Origin: Podarcis muralis
Taxonomy: Eukaryota
Assembly (NCBI RefSeq): GCF_964188315.1
Contig: NC_135657.1
Location: 76,446,001 to 76,510,000 of the forward strand
DNA: 64,000 nt
Reading direction: 5' to 3'
Positions 10,759 to 23,847 of this stretch are shown one piece after another (the first letter of the stretch is position 1; each line of letters begins with the position of its first letter). The translations under genes and the position numbers were made by a program. The notes beneath the pieces were generated by a model. The model had not been told where the DNA came from. It did no database searches and was given only the letters and a program-made list of their open reading frames with translations.

Positions 10759-12865
10759 CCTATATACACATAGGTGGCAATAGGTGGAATCCAATGTAGA
10801 CCTAGGGCAAACATTCCATCACTACAAAGATTTCTACTTGCCCAATTAAACATTCTTTCCTTCTCCTCCCCACCATGTGCTCCCCAAACTCTCTGGAGCA
10901 GAGAGGATATGGAGTACACACAGGGAAAGGAGCAGGAGGGAAAGTTCTTTTTGCTGAAGTGGAAGTCCTTGTGTTGATAATATACAGCAGAATACTGTCC
11001 TATATTACAGCAGCATTAGCGTTGACATAGGGGCTGTGTAGAGACTGATACCTTAAGATCCCCCCCTCCCCAATTATATCAAATTCCACTCTTAAAAGTG
11101 TTTAAAAACATGTTGTCTCCTTGTGAAAGAATGTGTGCAAGATGTGTACTATGGCAGGAGAAGGTTGTTGAAGAAATGAAAATGTGCTGGAATATGGATC
11201 TAGGTCTGGCCTTGCCAAACATATGAGCCACCAGCCCAAATGTAGGCTACTTGCCATGTACACCTTGACTTGTTGGTGTTTGGTTTGAAACACAAAACAG
11301 AGTGGGCCTTGTTAAGTACCTAGTAGGCCCATTTATACAGTTGGTGATCTGTGTTTGCCAGTTTGGGAGGCTACAAGTTGTGAAGGCCAGATATAAGCTC
11401 CGTTCTTATCATGGTAAAATGACCTCTTTAGCAAATGTGTGGAAACACAAAGTCAAGATTGGAAATCCTTCTGCTTTATACCCAGGAAAGGACAAAACCT
11501 TAATTCAAACCTGAAGAGTATATGTACCAAATTTTGTTTAATAGTTATCACAATATATTATATTAGAGCAGTCAAACAAATCAATCAAGCTAAGTTAAAA
11601 TGCATTCTGTTGTTCAATGATTAATGCTAAATCATGTTTTGAATACTGAATCACCAACTTTATGGCCTTCTAAACTGCAGTTTAAAAATAATTACATTAT
11701 CTCAGCAAGTGGAACCTTCAGGGAATAGAGCAGATGAGACTTGGCATTATTTTAGTTTGTGTTTACCAAATTAGGTTAAGTGTCTCATAGGAAATCAAAA
11801 AAGTATAAGCTACAAATGTCTGGATACATTAGGCCTTTCCAGGCCTTCTCCTCATGTGTAGACTAAACATGTGGAGTGGGAAGCAGCAGGGCCACATATA
11901 CCATTTGGCTGGGTGAGAGAGCTGTCTCTGGCAGAAGCTTTGGGGTGTTGTGTCATGAAAAGGCAGATAACTGCTATTTATTTCTATTGTATTTTTACTC
12001 CTAAGAATAGACCCTGGAGGAGAACATGACCTATTTATGGGTTGTTGTTTTTGATCTATCCATGTTTGAACATAGATGACTATTACTTCAATTCTTCCTT
12101 CATTGATCACATGCAAAAGCTCTTCTGCCCCCAAATCCCACCCACTTATGTCCTAGATTTAAAACATTACCTGTGCATCTACTGACTTTACAATATCAAG
12201 TGAATAAAATGCTACAGTTGTCCAACTAGTCTGATACTTGGAATCTTGCAGATCTTAAACTTACTGCTTTCTCCCCCCCCCCCCCCGCCCCTTTTATCTC
12301 TGTCTTTCACAAAACCATTTTTCTTTATTAATAGCAGAAACCCTGTTCATTCCATACATAGCACAGTCATATATTCCACCTCCTGTTCCAAACCTGATAC
12401 AAGAGATTATTGGAAATGCAAGTTACTTGCTGCTTGATATTCATTTAGGTAGAAATGAAAGTGTAGAAGATAGGGTCAGGTCACAACTCTTGACCTAGTT
12501 GTGTTGAGGTCCATCTTCAAGGACACCACCCAATATGGGTAGATGTTATATAGGCACATGCTATATGTACTTGAGAAAAATTGAGGATATGGATAACATG
12601 TATGTGGGTTCTTGCATACCAGTTCTGATGGTGCATGGAGGTCAGGAAAGAGCTAGCAGGTACTTCTCTAACCTCTTTTCCATGTGATAATTGCTACCCA
12701 AAATGAACATCTGATTGGGTGAGTCACTGTTCTGTATCCTAAACATTCTGGATTGCATATGATACAGTATTATTAAAAGCATTAGAAAATTGACAGTGTA
12801 ATTTTAACTATCTTTCTGCTTCTGCCAGTAGTATTCATGCTCTAGTTTCATTCTTTCCTCTTCTA

Positions 12866-13204
12866 AAAAAGGTAAAAAGGTAAAGGACCCCTGACAGTTA
12901 AGTCCAGTTGCAGACGACTCTGGGGTTGCAGGGCTCATCTTGCTTTACAGGCTGAGGGAGCTGACGCTTGTCCGCAGACAGTTTTTCCAGGTCATGTGAA
13001 ACCAGAGCAGTGCACAGAAACGCCTTTTCCTTCCCACCAGAGCAGTACCTATTTATCTACTTGCATTTTTGGCGTGCTTTCAAACTGCTAGGTTGGCAGG
13101 AACAGGGACCAAGCAACGGGAGCTCACCCTGCTGCAGGGATTCAAACCGCCAACCTTCTGATCAGCAAACCCAAGTGGCTCAGTGGTTTAAACCACAGTG
13201 CCAC
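12866..13204 (-). mobile_element. Sauria-type SINE
   Basis: Same body as 3360-3720. TSD cctcttcta (12857-12865, 13205-13213). Confidence 0.92.
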
Positions 13205-13715
13205 CCTCTTCTAGTTAGTATTTGACACTAATGGCACAATAAGTCACTTTTTCATTTAAAAAATGAGACACAATCCCTGCCTCTCGATTGATTCACTATA
13301 ACACAACAAAAGCCCTACTGGATCAGGCCGAAGGCTAATCTACTCCTGCATCCTGTTTCCAACAGTCACCAACTCAGGTCCCCCTGAGAAGTCCACAAAA
13401 CGTACATGAGAGTAATAGCCCTTCCACACTGATATTCCTCAGCAAGTCAGTGTCAGATTTATGTATAGGCTAAGTAGGCTGAAGCCTAGGGCCTCTAAAT
13501 CTAGGGGGCCTCGCCAGCCCACCCACACCCCAGCGGGCCATCTCCCCTCTCCCAAAATTGCCAACCCAAGACTTTGTGTGAGGGGAGGGCAACTCAGGCC
13601 CAGCAACTATGAGACTCAGGGCTAGCCAGTGGGGCCCAATTTGAAGCAGTGGGGCGAAACTTGAATTTTATTTTGTAGGGCCCCAGTTCACAGTCAAAGT
13701 CTGCAAAATCTTATA

Positions 13716-13930
13716 CAGTGGTACCTCGGGTTACATACGCTTCTCTGCTAACCCAGAAATATTACCCCGGGTTAAGAACTTTGTTTCAGGATGAGAACAG
13801 AAATAGTGCAGTGGCGGTGCAGCGGCAGCAGGAGGCCCCATTAGCTAAGGTGGTGCTTCAGGTTAAGAACAGTTTCAGGTTAAGGACAGACCTCCGGAAC
13901 GAATTAAGTACTTAACCCAAGGTACCACTG
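13716..13930. mobile_element. Tc1/mariner (Tigger-like) MITE
   Basis: TIR cagtggtacctcgggtta / taacccaaggtaccactg with TA on both sides. Confidence 0.92.
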
Positions 13931-13938
13931 TAATTACG

Positions 13939-14726
13939 TGTTCAGACCCAGAGACCTCCCCCCTAAATAAAGACACATTTGACTCAAATTTTAGTTTTGG
14001 TTTTTGGCAGAATTTAGGCCACAACTTTATTGATTACAGAAAAGTGAGTGGTTGCATAGGCTCTGGTTCGACTAGCTCCCTGCACCCTTGCAGGTGGCGC
14101 TGACCCAGAGCTCTATCATAGGTCAGCCAAGGGTGAACACCTGAGGCAGGTGAAAAGCCCAGGAACAGACTCTGTTCCCTCCCCCAGATGCTCCCCTGGA
14201 CTCAGGCATGGGTGCAACCCCCTTTCGGGGGTTGATCAAACCAAGTTGAGTCCCTGGATTCCTTTAACGGAATACCTTTCACATAGGGATGGTGAGACCA
14301 CTCTCCCATTCCTATCACATGACCCCTATCCACAACCTTACAAGTTGTGATGAATTGCTATGCAGTAGGCGAAACCCAAATGGCCACAGCCAATCAGCCA
14401 AGTAGGGAAAATTCCTGCTGTGCCCCTGTCCCAATGACAGATGACACACGACGGCATAGCAAGGTCAATTGCAAAATGCCCTAAAATTAGGGAGAGGTAG
14501 GCAGGTGTTCCGAATGCACAAGCCGAAAGAGGAAACTCTGGGACACGTGCATGGGTTTATATAGGTCCCACAATCAATTTAGACTGCACCCCATTGGCCA
14601 GAGTACACCCAGCAACGAGAGACCTACCAATCAGGTGTTGTGGCTATCCAATAGACCCTCCCCCCCACAACCAGGAGGTCAGTCTCCAGGTCTCACCGCA
14701 ACACATGGCCTCTTTTAAGGAGGACA
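13939..14726 (-). mobile_element. Solo-LTR-like element (ERV/gypsy), nested in the hAT element
   Basis: TG...CA ends. Minus-strand TATA (tttatatagg ~14557), CCAAT boxes and AATAAA (~14025). Absent from the second copy of the flanking sequence at 26160. No clean TSD. Confidence 0.65.
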
Positions 14727-17700
14727 TGGTATATAAATAAAATCCATCTAGATTGCCCTGGTGTGGGGGGCCCCTTAGGAGTGGCCCACAGGGCCCAATT
14801 TGGTCCAATTGCTCCAATTGCCTTAAGGTCAGCCCTGATGAGACTGTGCAAGGGTTGGACTGCAAGCCCTGCACCTTCTAGGTCCCTGGTGTCACTATTG
14901 AGAGTGCAGACACAAGGACTTGTTATGAAAATAAAGGGGGGCACTTACTGAAAATCAGTTTTGTCACTCCCCCCTGCAGACCCCGGGACTATGAGCCCAG
15001 CCACCTTTCATTCAGTTGCAAATAAGCTACAGTTGCAAATGGCAACAAAATATCTGTGAAAGGAAGAGGAGCAGGTTTGCTCAAGTGTTGCAGGTAGAAA
15101 TACTGTTTGTAATGAAGTGAGAGCAGTAGTTTACTTGCTCAAATTAACAAATAAGAAAGTTTTGAGAATTTAAATTCTGGATAAATTCTGGATTAAAATT
15201 GATACTTAATTGAGAAGGGGCTTAATTTGAATAGTAGAGTGCCTGGTATCTGGTGGGCAATCTCATCCTTTATTGGCTCTGTGGCTGCAGAGCAAATCAC
15301 CTGTCAGGAGAGTTCTGAGATTCAGATGTGGGTCAGATGCCTTGTCAATCCCAGCAGGTATATAAGAGGGAGACCGCCCTGGCCAGGCCTTCATGTTTTT
15401 TTAAAGAATAACATTACAACTTCATTTTCCTAAAAAGGCTTACAAAGTTCAGTTATTGCCAAAGTTTTTCAGTGTTAATTTTATGCATTTTTAAAAATCA
15501 CCATGGTTTTTAATAATAATATCTTATGACCTTTAGAGGAGAAATTGTGACTTGCAGATTTTTTTTTTAAATCACCATGGTATTTAACAATAATATCTTA
15601 TGTCCTTTAGAGCAGGAATAGTGACTTGCAGAATTTTAAATACCCGCCATCATCCTTGGCTTCACTCAGTTTTGTTTATAACACTCTTCCATTTTCTTCT
15701 AGTTGTGTGGGTGGGGGATGGGGATGGGCCTCACAAGCAGAGTAGCCTTGGGCCTCTCTTCTTCTAAATCTGGCCCTGCGGCAAGTGGTATCCAAATGCA
15801 TGCTGCCTCTGATCCTGGAGATATCATATTGCCATCAAGACTAGAAGCTACTGAGAGCCTTATCCCCCTTGAATTTATCTAATCCTTTCTTAAAGCCATC
15901 TAAGTTGGCAGCCATCCCCATGTCTTGTTGCAGCAAATTCCGTAGAAAAGTCTGGTTGCACATCATTTTAAAAAGCTATGCTTAATGTGAACATTCTCAT
16001 GGCACTCCTTCCACAATCCTGCTGCTGCTGCCATGCTGTGGAGAAAACAAGCTAGTGCCTGGCTTCTTGTGTCATCTGAAGACAAGCTCATGGTTTGTGT
16101 CTTCCAAACAAACCATAAGCAATAACCAAGTTATGTTCTTGGTTTAGGGCTTGTGTCTTGTTTGAAAGGAACAAGTCTGACTTCAGATGATTTGAAGAGC
16201 CAGACTCTGCCTTGTTTCATCCACAGTGTACCAGCAGCAAGAGGAAACTGCTCATTCATGGTTTAATGACACACAGACTGGGGCACTGAAGGAAAACTTC
16301 CTTTTTTCTATCCTTAATCTCTCAATTCACTGCAAGTATCAAACATATGAAAGAAAACAGAATCACAGTGAGGTAACTTAAAAGAGCTTATTGGTGAGCA
16401 GATCAGTTTTGAAGAAACACTGCATGCTACATTCTGTTGCAGGACATGGGGCATCATTTTCATTTCATCCAGAAGAAACTGCTTTGACACATATAAGAAC
16501 AAAATTCTGCCCAGAAGCAGGTCTCAGAATGACATAGTTCTCACCCTTAGATTTTCAGACAAAAATGGCTGTTGGCTGTCCATACCCAGAGGGCATTACT
16601 CTGTTACTTAGCAACCCTTCTGAATTTCCACCTTCCAGAAATTAACCTCTTTGTAGGTTCCACCTAACCCTAAAAAAGACCCCCAAAATAACCACCCAGA
16701 ATTGTCTTGAACAAATAATTCTCACAGCCAAGAGAATCGATTTGTTAGGGAGGAAAATGGAAAGCTTAACTCATACTATTATTGGTTTTGTCTCTGATTG
16801 CCTTTTGCTGGTCCATCCGAAAGAGGTGGGGGCAAGAAGATAAAGGGGGGACAACATATTATTACTAAATATTCATTAAGGCTGCAAACGAGCACACACT
16901 TACCTGAGTGTAGATCCCACTGTGTGGGGCTTGTTTCTGGGTAGAAGTATATGCACACAAAATGCAAACAATATTTTCAGTCTCATCTCTTTTTAAATCA
17001 CTATATGTTAGCACAACCTAATTTTCCTGTTCTCTGACCTATTTCCTTAACTACATTTAGTTTATCTATTTATTTAAGTATGTATTTATTTTTATGAAAC
17101 CTGAAATACATTATCTAATTATAAAAATATGTGAGCAAAGCAGATGGGTTTCCATAGCTAGCATATTAAAATTGCTATTCTTTACACATGGTGTCGACTG
17201 AGTACGTAAATTTTTTTTTAAAAAAAATGTATCTCTTTCTACGTAGTTTATAACTGCTGAAGCTTGTATAATGTTGTGTTCTAAACCTGGATCCTAGGAT
17301 AATGTAGTGGTAGGTACATGGATTTCAAATAGATGAGCATACATTTTTGATAACTCATACATAAAACTATTAAACAGCTGTGTTGTAGAATGGGAAGACA
17401 CTTTAAAAAATATATCATTTGATGTCCTGCATTGAGGTTAGTTCCACTGCAATCACAAAAGAATTTCAAGACAATAGGTTTATGTTTGGCATACTAAAGA
17501 GTTCATTAGTTTTCTTAAATATGGAAAGAACTAATTTGAGAATGAGACCTGTAAATTAAGTTTGATATGAACTTCAGAGATCTATGTATTTCAGAGATTT
17601 GTGGATTCAAATTTACCTGCTGCATACATAAATATGTAGATGTTTCCATTTTACTGTTGGTTATATATCACTGAAGTCTGCCAAGATGTCCCAAACCACT

Positions 17701-18449
17701 GGTATGCTGCCAGAGATATATAAAACTTAATTATCTAGAATTTTTCTCATGTTTCATAGTGACCAACGGACTGGAAGTACAGAAATGTGAAAGTTTTCCC
17801 CATTAGCTTAATGAGATTTGCATCTGTCAAAATGATTTGCTGTGGTTCTAATGCAGTTGCAAACACACCGAGTCTTCTCATGGTATGGAAACAGAGGGTA
17901 AATAATTTCTAATATTTTGTTATAATAACATTTCTCTATAACAGCTTTGTGGAGATTTATGTGGATTTGTTTTCTTGAGTTTAGCCATAGAATAATTAGG
18001 ATTAGTTTTGGATGAAAAATCAAGGAGAGAAATGCAATTTAATTTAAGAATGTTATGTCAGCTGGCAGCTCCACAGAGAAAAGAGCTGTCATTTTAAATA
18101 CAAGGAAATGTAGGCCACAATCCCCAGCTCACTTAGTGCAGAGTTGGTTGGCACCCGCCTGCCTCAGGAGACAATGGAGTGCAAAGTATTCCTAGATCAT
18201 TCCAAACTCAAGACGCTTGGGAACTGCTTCCTTGGGAAAGTTTGATTGTAGTTAGACTTACATCAGTGAATATGGAGTGAAGCTGTACTAGTATGAAGAA
18301 CAACCATTTTACAGTTTCTGCCTCTTTTACATGCCCAAGTCAACGTGGAACCTGACTTTCACACTGTTGCTTACTGAATATGGATAAAAACAATTTATAA
18401 TCTATAACCTTATCTATAACCTTGTAAAAAGGAATGCTACAAAGCTGGT

Positions 18450-18616
18450 CTTTGGGTTTTTATAAGACATGTCCTATGGATAAAAATAATCCAGGTCTTC
18501 TCTCTACAAGATGCAAAGGGTGTCCCTGATCTACTTTGGGTTTTTGTGAGACGTCCTATGGATAAGAAGGCTTCAGGTCTTCTTTCTACAAGACACAAAG
18601 GAAACTTCCCTGATCT
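18450..18616. repeat. Diverged 84-bp tandem duplication
   Basis: ctttgggttttt..gtcctatggataa..caggtcttct.tctacaaga..caaagg..tccctgatct occurs at 18450 and 18534. Confidence 0.85.
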
Positions 18617-19210
18617 GCTGTTTTAGAGACAATTCATATTTCCAGGAAGTGCTCATTCAAGCTCCTTGGAGACTGTAGTTACTAGTGGGGCTGAAGGCTG
18701 GGCTGCATTTATTTGAGTAAAAGACAGAGTTGGCTCCAGGTCTGCAGGGCAAAGTCTCTATGAATGTGTCCTGGAGGACTTACGTAGCAGTGATGACAAC
18801 AGCACTCTGAGCAGTGGCAGGCAGCTGGGGTTAGAACAGGGATGGTTCAGTCCCAGAACAGCATTCCTTTCTGGACAAACATTTGAGGTCCACATGCTAG
18901 TGGTGGGCAGGGCCAGAGACAAAAGTGGGTGGAGCAATGAATACACACATACTCACAGACCTCTTATTATCGTCTGTCCAGGAAAGCAGGTGGCATTATA
19001 AAGTTCAATAACATATTCCAGGAAGACGAAAACACTTGAGATGGCTGCAACTAGAGGGAGAGTGTGGCTTGAGGAAAGTCTCAAGGGCCTGATATAAATG
19101 TCTGGAGAAGGGCCACATTGCCATAGTGTAATGATGCTCCAGGGATATTGCTCTTAGCTGCTTACCTGTGAAAATTTGCCATGATGCTCTTATTGTTGGT
19201 ATTTGCTATA

Positions 19211-19547
19211 TGATGCACTGTGGATTAAACCACAGAGGCTAGGGTTTGCCGATTAGAAGGTCAGCAGTTCGAATCCCTGTGGTGGGGTGAGCTCCCGTTG
19301 CTCGGTCCCTGCTCCTGCCAACCTAGCAGTTCGAAAGCACGTCAAAATGCAAGTAGATAAATAGGTACTGCTCTGGTAGGAAGGTAAACAGCATTTCCGT
19401 GCGCTGCTCTGGTTCGCCAGAAACAGCTTAGTCATGCTGGCGACATGTACGCCGGCTCCCTTGGCCAATAAAGCAAGGTGAGAGCCACAACCCCAGAGTC
19501 ATCTGTGATTGGACCTAATGTTCAGGGGTCCCTTTACCTTTACCTTT
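19211..19547 (+). mobile_element. Sauria-type SINE, slightly 5' eroded
   Basis: ctgtggattaaaccacagaggctaggg...gttcgaatccc...ggggtccctttacctttaccttt. Confidence 0.9.
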
Positions 19548-19592
19548 ATGTTTCTATTTGTTTTAAATTGTAAATCACCTAAAAAACTCAAA

Positions 19593-19633
<41 letters not shown>
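19593..19633. repeat. (TAG)n microsatellite
   Basis: Visible perfect repeat. Confidence 0.95.
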
Positions 19634-21189
19634 ATAATAGACCCATCCATCCATCACTGCTCACAGTGATAGGTTGGATTTTCTTTTAAGGTAGGGATGC
19701 AAGGCTGGTTTAAGTGGTGGGCCCATCCAGGTTGGTGGGTCCCATGCAGCTGTCCAAGGATACCAGGTGCTAATGCCAGCTCATATGAAAGAACCCTTCC
19801 ACACGGGTGCTCTAATGGTGATGTGATTTCCAATACGCAGTGCTTGCATTGAGTTCCCCCAATGTGAGGCTATGTTCTTCTCAGTGCAATAAACTAGCTC
19901 TGATGGACCACAAACTAACATACCTAACCTTTGCTCTGGATTGCAGTGAATATCTGGTAGAGAGTAAATATCTAGTAGGCAGTAAGCAGACAGCAAAGGA
20001 GGGCTTTTGCCTTTATGCTCTTTAGCGGGCTTCCCAGCAACATCAGGCTAGGTGCTGTTGGAAAAAAGAATGCAGGATTAGATGCAGCCTTGGTCTGATC
20101 CAGCAGGGCTCATCTTGGGTTTTTAGAGTATAAAGGTTAACGTTCACTCAGTTCCACAGTAGCAAACAATGAAAGCCTCTGCTACTGACAGCTGAAGATC
20201 CCCTAAATATCAAAACAGAGTTTTTGTAAGAAATAAAGTGCTATACTAATATAAGAACAATAGAGGCCACTGTGGCTCCAGAATTCAAAACAGAACCCAA
20301 AAACATTTTAGCAGGCAGGCATATAGATATGTGTATGTGTGATACTGATTCAAAAGTATTTAAAGATATAAATATATTAGATTTTTTTAATAGAAAAAAT
20401 CAATTATGTATCAAATTCCTTCTCCCCCATATAAGACCTTTTATTGAGTTTTTTAAAAGTCCAGAGAACTTTAATCTAGTTCACCTAAGCACATAGGGTT
20501 GCTACTGTCAGTGCAGAAAAGATAGAAATTCAGACATAGTCGTTTATGAATGCAGATTCTGGGACTTCGCATAGCCTGTAATGGACAGAAACCCCTTTCA
20601 CTGCCTTTTGAATCACAGCCTTAAGCTGTGGCTCATACATACCGGTACATCTCCATCACTAATGACTTGCAAGCGTGAATGGGCCATCACAAATCTGACA
20701 CCACAAAAAGAATATCCGTATGCCTTCAAGCCCAATTTATTTCAAAGGAATCAGTTCAGACATTTAGAAATCAAGTGTGGGGAAAAGGTGATATACATTC
20801 ATGTATGAACTAGACCTATGGAATAATTTGGTTTTACATTGACATCCTATGCAAAACATATGTAGTTGACCATTGCAGCACCTTAAGGACTAATAATTTT
20901 AAGCTGTTGTGAACTATAGGCCATGTCATGACGTGTATAAAGTGTTGTTATCTCGAGCTGCAGATATATACATGCACAGTCACTGGTGAGCTGTAAATAG
21001 TGAGGCCAGAGGGAAATAAAATGCAGAAAAGTTATTAATAGTGGTCATAATTCTTGGTTGTGTTTGCTGCAGCTATCCCTCTAGAAATAGTTAACTAAAA
21101 AGATTTTGAAGTGCAGTTTTCTGCTGGCAGATCTCTCCTTCACTTTAGAGGACCACCTCTGTTTATGGCTTGTGGTACCATAAAAGATC

Positions 21190-21310
21190 CTAAGAACATA
21201 AGAAGAGGCTTCTGGATCAGGCCAATGGCCCATCTAGCCCAGCATCCTGTTCTCACAGTGGCCAACCAGATGCCTAGGGGAAATTAGCAAGCAAGATTTG
21301 AGCACAAGGA
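21190..21310 (-). mobile_element. CR1 3' end
   Basis: taagaacataagaagaggcttctggatcaggccaatggcccatctagcccagcatcctgttctcacagtggccaaccagatgcc. Another tail of this family lies at ~20025-20110 (+). Confidence 0.8.
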
Positions 21311-21694
21311 TCCTGTGCTAGCAACTCCTAATGACTCTTGTGGCGAAGGTAAGAGATCATTTAATGTTAAACATGCTCACTGTCCCCAGCAACTGATGCA
21401 CCGATCATGCCATTTTAACTAGACAATCCTGCCGCCAAGGAACTCTGCAGGGAAATTAGGATGCCTGCATATGACTCCTTTTGGCTGCGCTTTGCACTTC
21501 CCTTTTCTCTCCAGGCCAGGCAGGCAAAGATTGCAGGAAGAGGAAACAGAAGCCTTAAGCTATTACAGCCCTGGTGCTGACTTTTTGGGTTTGCAATATG
21601 CTATGAAACAGAAGACCTATGTTGGGCATCTGGTCCTGGAAGACAGATATAGAATATTATCTATATCTGTATAGGTCAGGCTCTAATTCCTATC

Positions 21695-22152
21695 TGTCAG
21701 GGAACTGCCATCAGTACTGGAGGGAGAGCGTGAAAGCCAGAGGGATTCCAGAGGGCGTCCAGGGATCGGGAGAAGCAGCCCATCTTCTGGGGAAGAGAAT
21801 AAGTGTAGCACCAGTGGAGAAGGGGGGCAGGTGGGGGAGGTGGTGAGGCAGTCCCATGACTCCTTGCCTGGGACCAGCGGGGAGACTAGGGGTCCTCCCT
21901 TGCCCACGCCCTCCCTGCGCAGAAGGCTTCCGCGCAGAGAGGGTAGGCGGAGACTAGGCATCAAAGAACTTCTTTGCTGGAAGAAGTTTAAGAAACGCCC
22001 ACTCACGGATTCTGCCAGCGATTGAGTCAGCCACGGGCGAGTGGTTGTCCGGACAGAGGAGGTTCACTTTGGCAGCCCAGCCAGGTGTTTGCACCCAGCC
22101 AGGAAGATAAGCACCTGCTTACGCACAAGCAACCCCCTTAGGAACCATTACA
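21695..22152 (+). mobile_element. Solo LTR (458 bp), probably Ty3/gypsy
   Basis: TGTCAG...TTACA termini and 5-bp TSD ctatc (21690-21694, 22153-22157). GC/CpG-rich. Open frame 21696-22025. Confidence 0.85.
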
Positions 22153-22648
22153 CTATCCATATCTAACATTCACATGATTAAAGGTGCTAATGGAAAAGGA
22201 AACACAGCCATTAAATCAAGAGTTCTAGGAGTGTTGCTTGGTGCAGTCATTAAAGAAAAACTAGAGGAAACAAGAGCCCCAAAGTGTGGTTTTACTATGG
22301 GGCCACTGGTTGCCTGCTGTCAATCATTATCTGTCAATCATTATCTGAGGACTTGCTCCTAATGATGGAGAGAAGGAAGAGTTGGAGGACAATGATGATG
22401 ACAATAAACATAAGCGGAACTTCATGTTGTGTGGAGCTAGTGGATAAAGGGTAGCTTTGGGGCTGAGAAGAAGATTTAAGATCAATCAGGATCAGGATTA
22501 GTTCAGTTCTCTCCCAAGTCTGTTACGCCAGAGCAGACAGTCTACATGAATTTCATTGCAGGCAATGTTATATAAATTTATCTATTTATTTAGGACCAAT
22601 TCAGATCACTAGGACATTCTTACTCCATCAGAATAAAATTGGATCAGG

Positions 22649-22658
22649 CACACACACA

Positions 22659-22695
<37 letters not shown>
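22649..22695. repeat. (CA)n microsatellite
   Basis: Visible repeat. Confidence 0.95.
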
Positions 22696-22698
<3 letters not shown>

Positions 22699-22917
22699 TG
22701 CATATGATTCCTTATTTGATTTTAGTGGGATTTCTGCATGGGCATAGGGCTGCCTATTTCAAAAAGTGAAAATCCAGACACAAAAGTTATTGGGTTTTTT
22801 TGGCTAAGTTGTTCAGCTTTTTGATTAATGTATTTTTTGCAAAAACTCAAGGGTGGCAGTGGGAAATGAAGTATTGAGCTATTTTTAAGGAAATTTACCA
22901 AAACCTACACTTCCATC

Positions 22918-23032
22918 ATGGGTTGTCCTATGTCCAGATTTTCCTGGACATTTAAGTGATTTTGGCCCAGATGCTGTTTAAGAGGGCCAAATCCCAGCTA
23001 CGTTTGGAAAATTGTGGACATATGGCAGCCCT
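22918..23032. mobile_element. Short hAT-type MITE
   Basis: gggttgtcctatgtccagattttcctggaca ... ggacatatggcagcccta form inverted termini. Confidence 0.6.
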
Positions 23033-23140
23033 ACATGGGCAGTACTTTAAGAATCAGAGTGGCATTTGTATTTTTAAATTGTTGTGATTTGCCCTTGGTC
23101 CCCAAGGTGATGGTTAGGTAATAAACCAAATTAATTACCG

Positions 23141-23847
23141 TCAGTATGATCCATGTGCTCTCACCACCTTGTTCTGGTAAGCGACAAGCTGCAGTTTCCA
23201 AACCATCTCCAAAGGCAGACCCACCTCTATTGTGTTACAGTAGTATAAGCCAGAGGTAACCATAGCATAGACAACAGTTCTTAGGCTGCCCTTGTCCAGC
23301 TGATGGAAGGCAGCTTGCGCCACTGAGGCTGCTTGAGCCTCAAGTGACAATATGGCTCCAGAAGTACTCCCAAGCTACACACCTTCTCTTTCAGAAGGTG
23401 CTTAACTCCATCCAGAGCAGCACACATTCCACTAATCCAGTCTAGGGACCCAGCCACTAACAGTACCTCAGTGTTGTCTGGATTAGGCTTCAGTTTATTG
23501 GTTCTCATCCAGCACTTCCACTGCCACTGCAGCTGTAAAGAGGACGATGGCTGTGTACCATCAGCATATTGCTGACAAAGTACTCCATAATTCCAGATGA
23601 CCCCGCTCAGCAGTTTCGTGCAGATGTTAAACAGCACAGGGGATAATATCAAACTCTGGCAAACTCCACACTGAAGGCTCCACAGGGCCAATACTCCTCA
23701 GGCAGCACTTTCTGAAAATGACTATCAGAGTAGGACTGGAACCATCACAAAGTGATGCCACCTATCTCCAATTCAGGCAGCTGCTCCAAGGACACAATGA
23801 TTGTTGGCATCAAAGGCTGTGGGATCAAGGGGAATTAAGGGAGCCAC
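23141..23847 (-). mobile_element. L2/CR1-clade LINE ORF2 (reverse transcriptase) fragment, decayed
   Basis: Frames LILSPVLFNICTKLL..CQQYADGTQ (RT motifs LSP.LF and YADD) and LEAQAASVAQAAFHQL..VYAMVTSGLYYCN..GLPL..KLQL. Confidence 0.9.

Larger units (their letters stand above)
13448..15778. mobile_element. Non-autonomous composite hAT-type DNA transposon (2.3 kb) with nested insertions
   Basis: TIRs cagtgtcagattta (13448-13461) and taaatctggccctg (15765-15778) match 12/14. 8-bp TSD cagcaagt / cggcaagt. The host CR1 is continuous across it. An extra internal TIR-like end lies at 14824-14837. Confidence 0.85.
13308..15950 (-). mobile_element. CR1 3' fragment split by the hAT insertion (pieces 13308-13447 and 15779-15950)
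   Basis: ctggatcaggcc..catcctgtttccaacag..gatattcctcagcaagt resumes as cggcaagtggtatccaaatgcatgctgcctctga..aaagccatctaagttggcagccatc. Confidence 0.8.
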
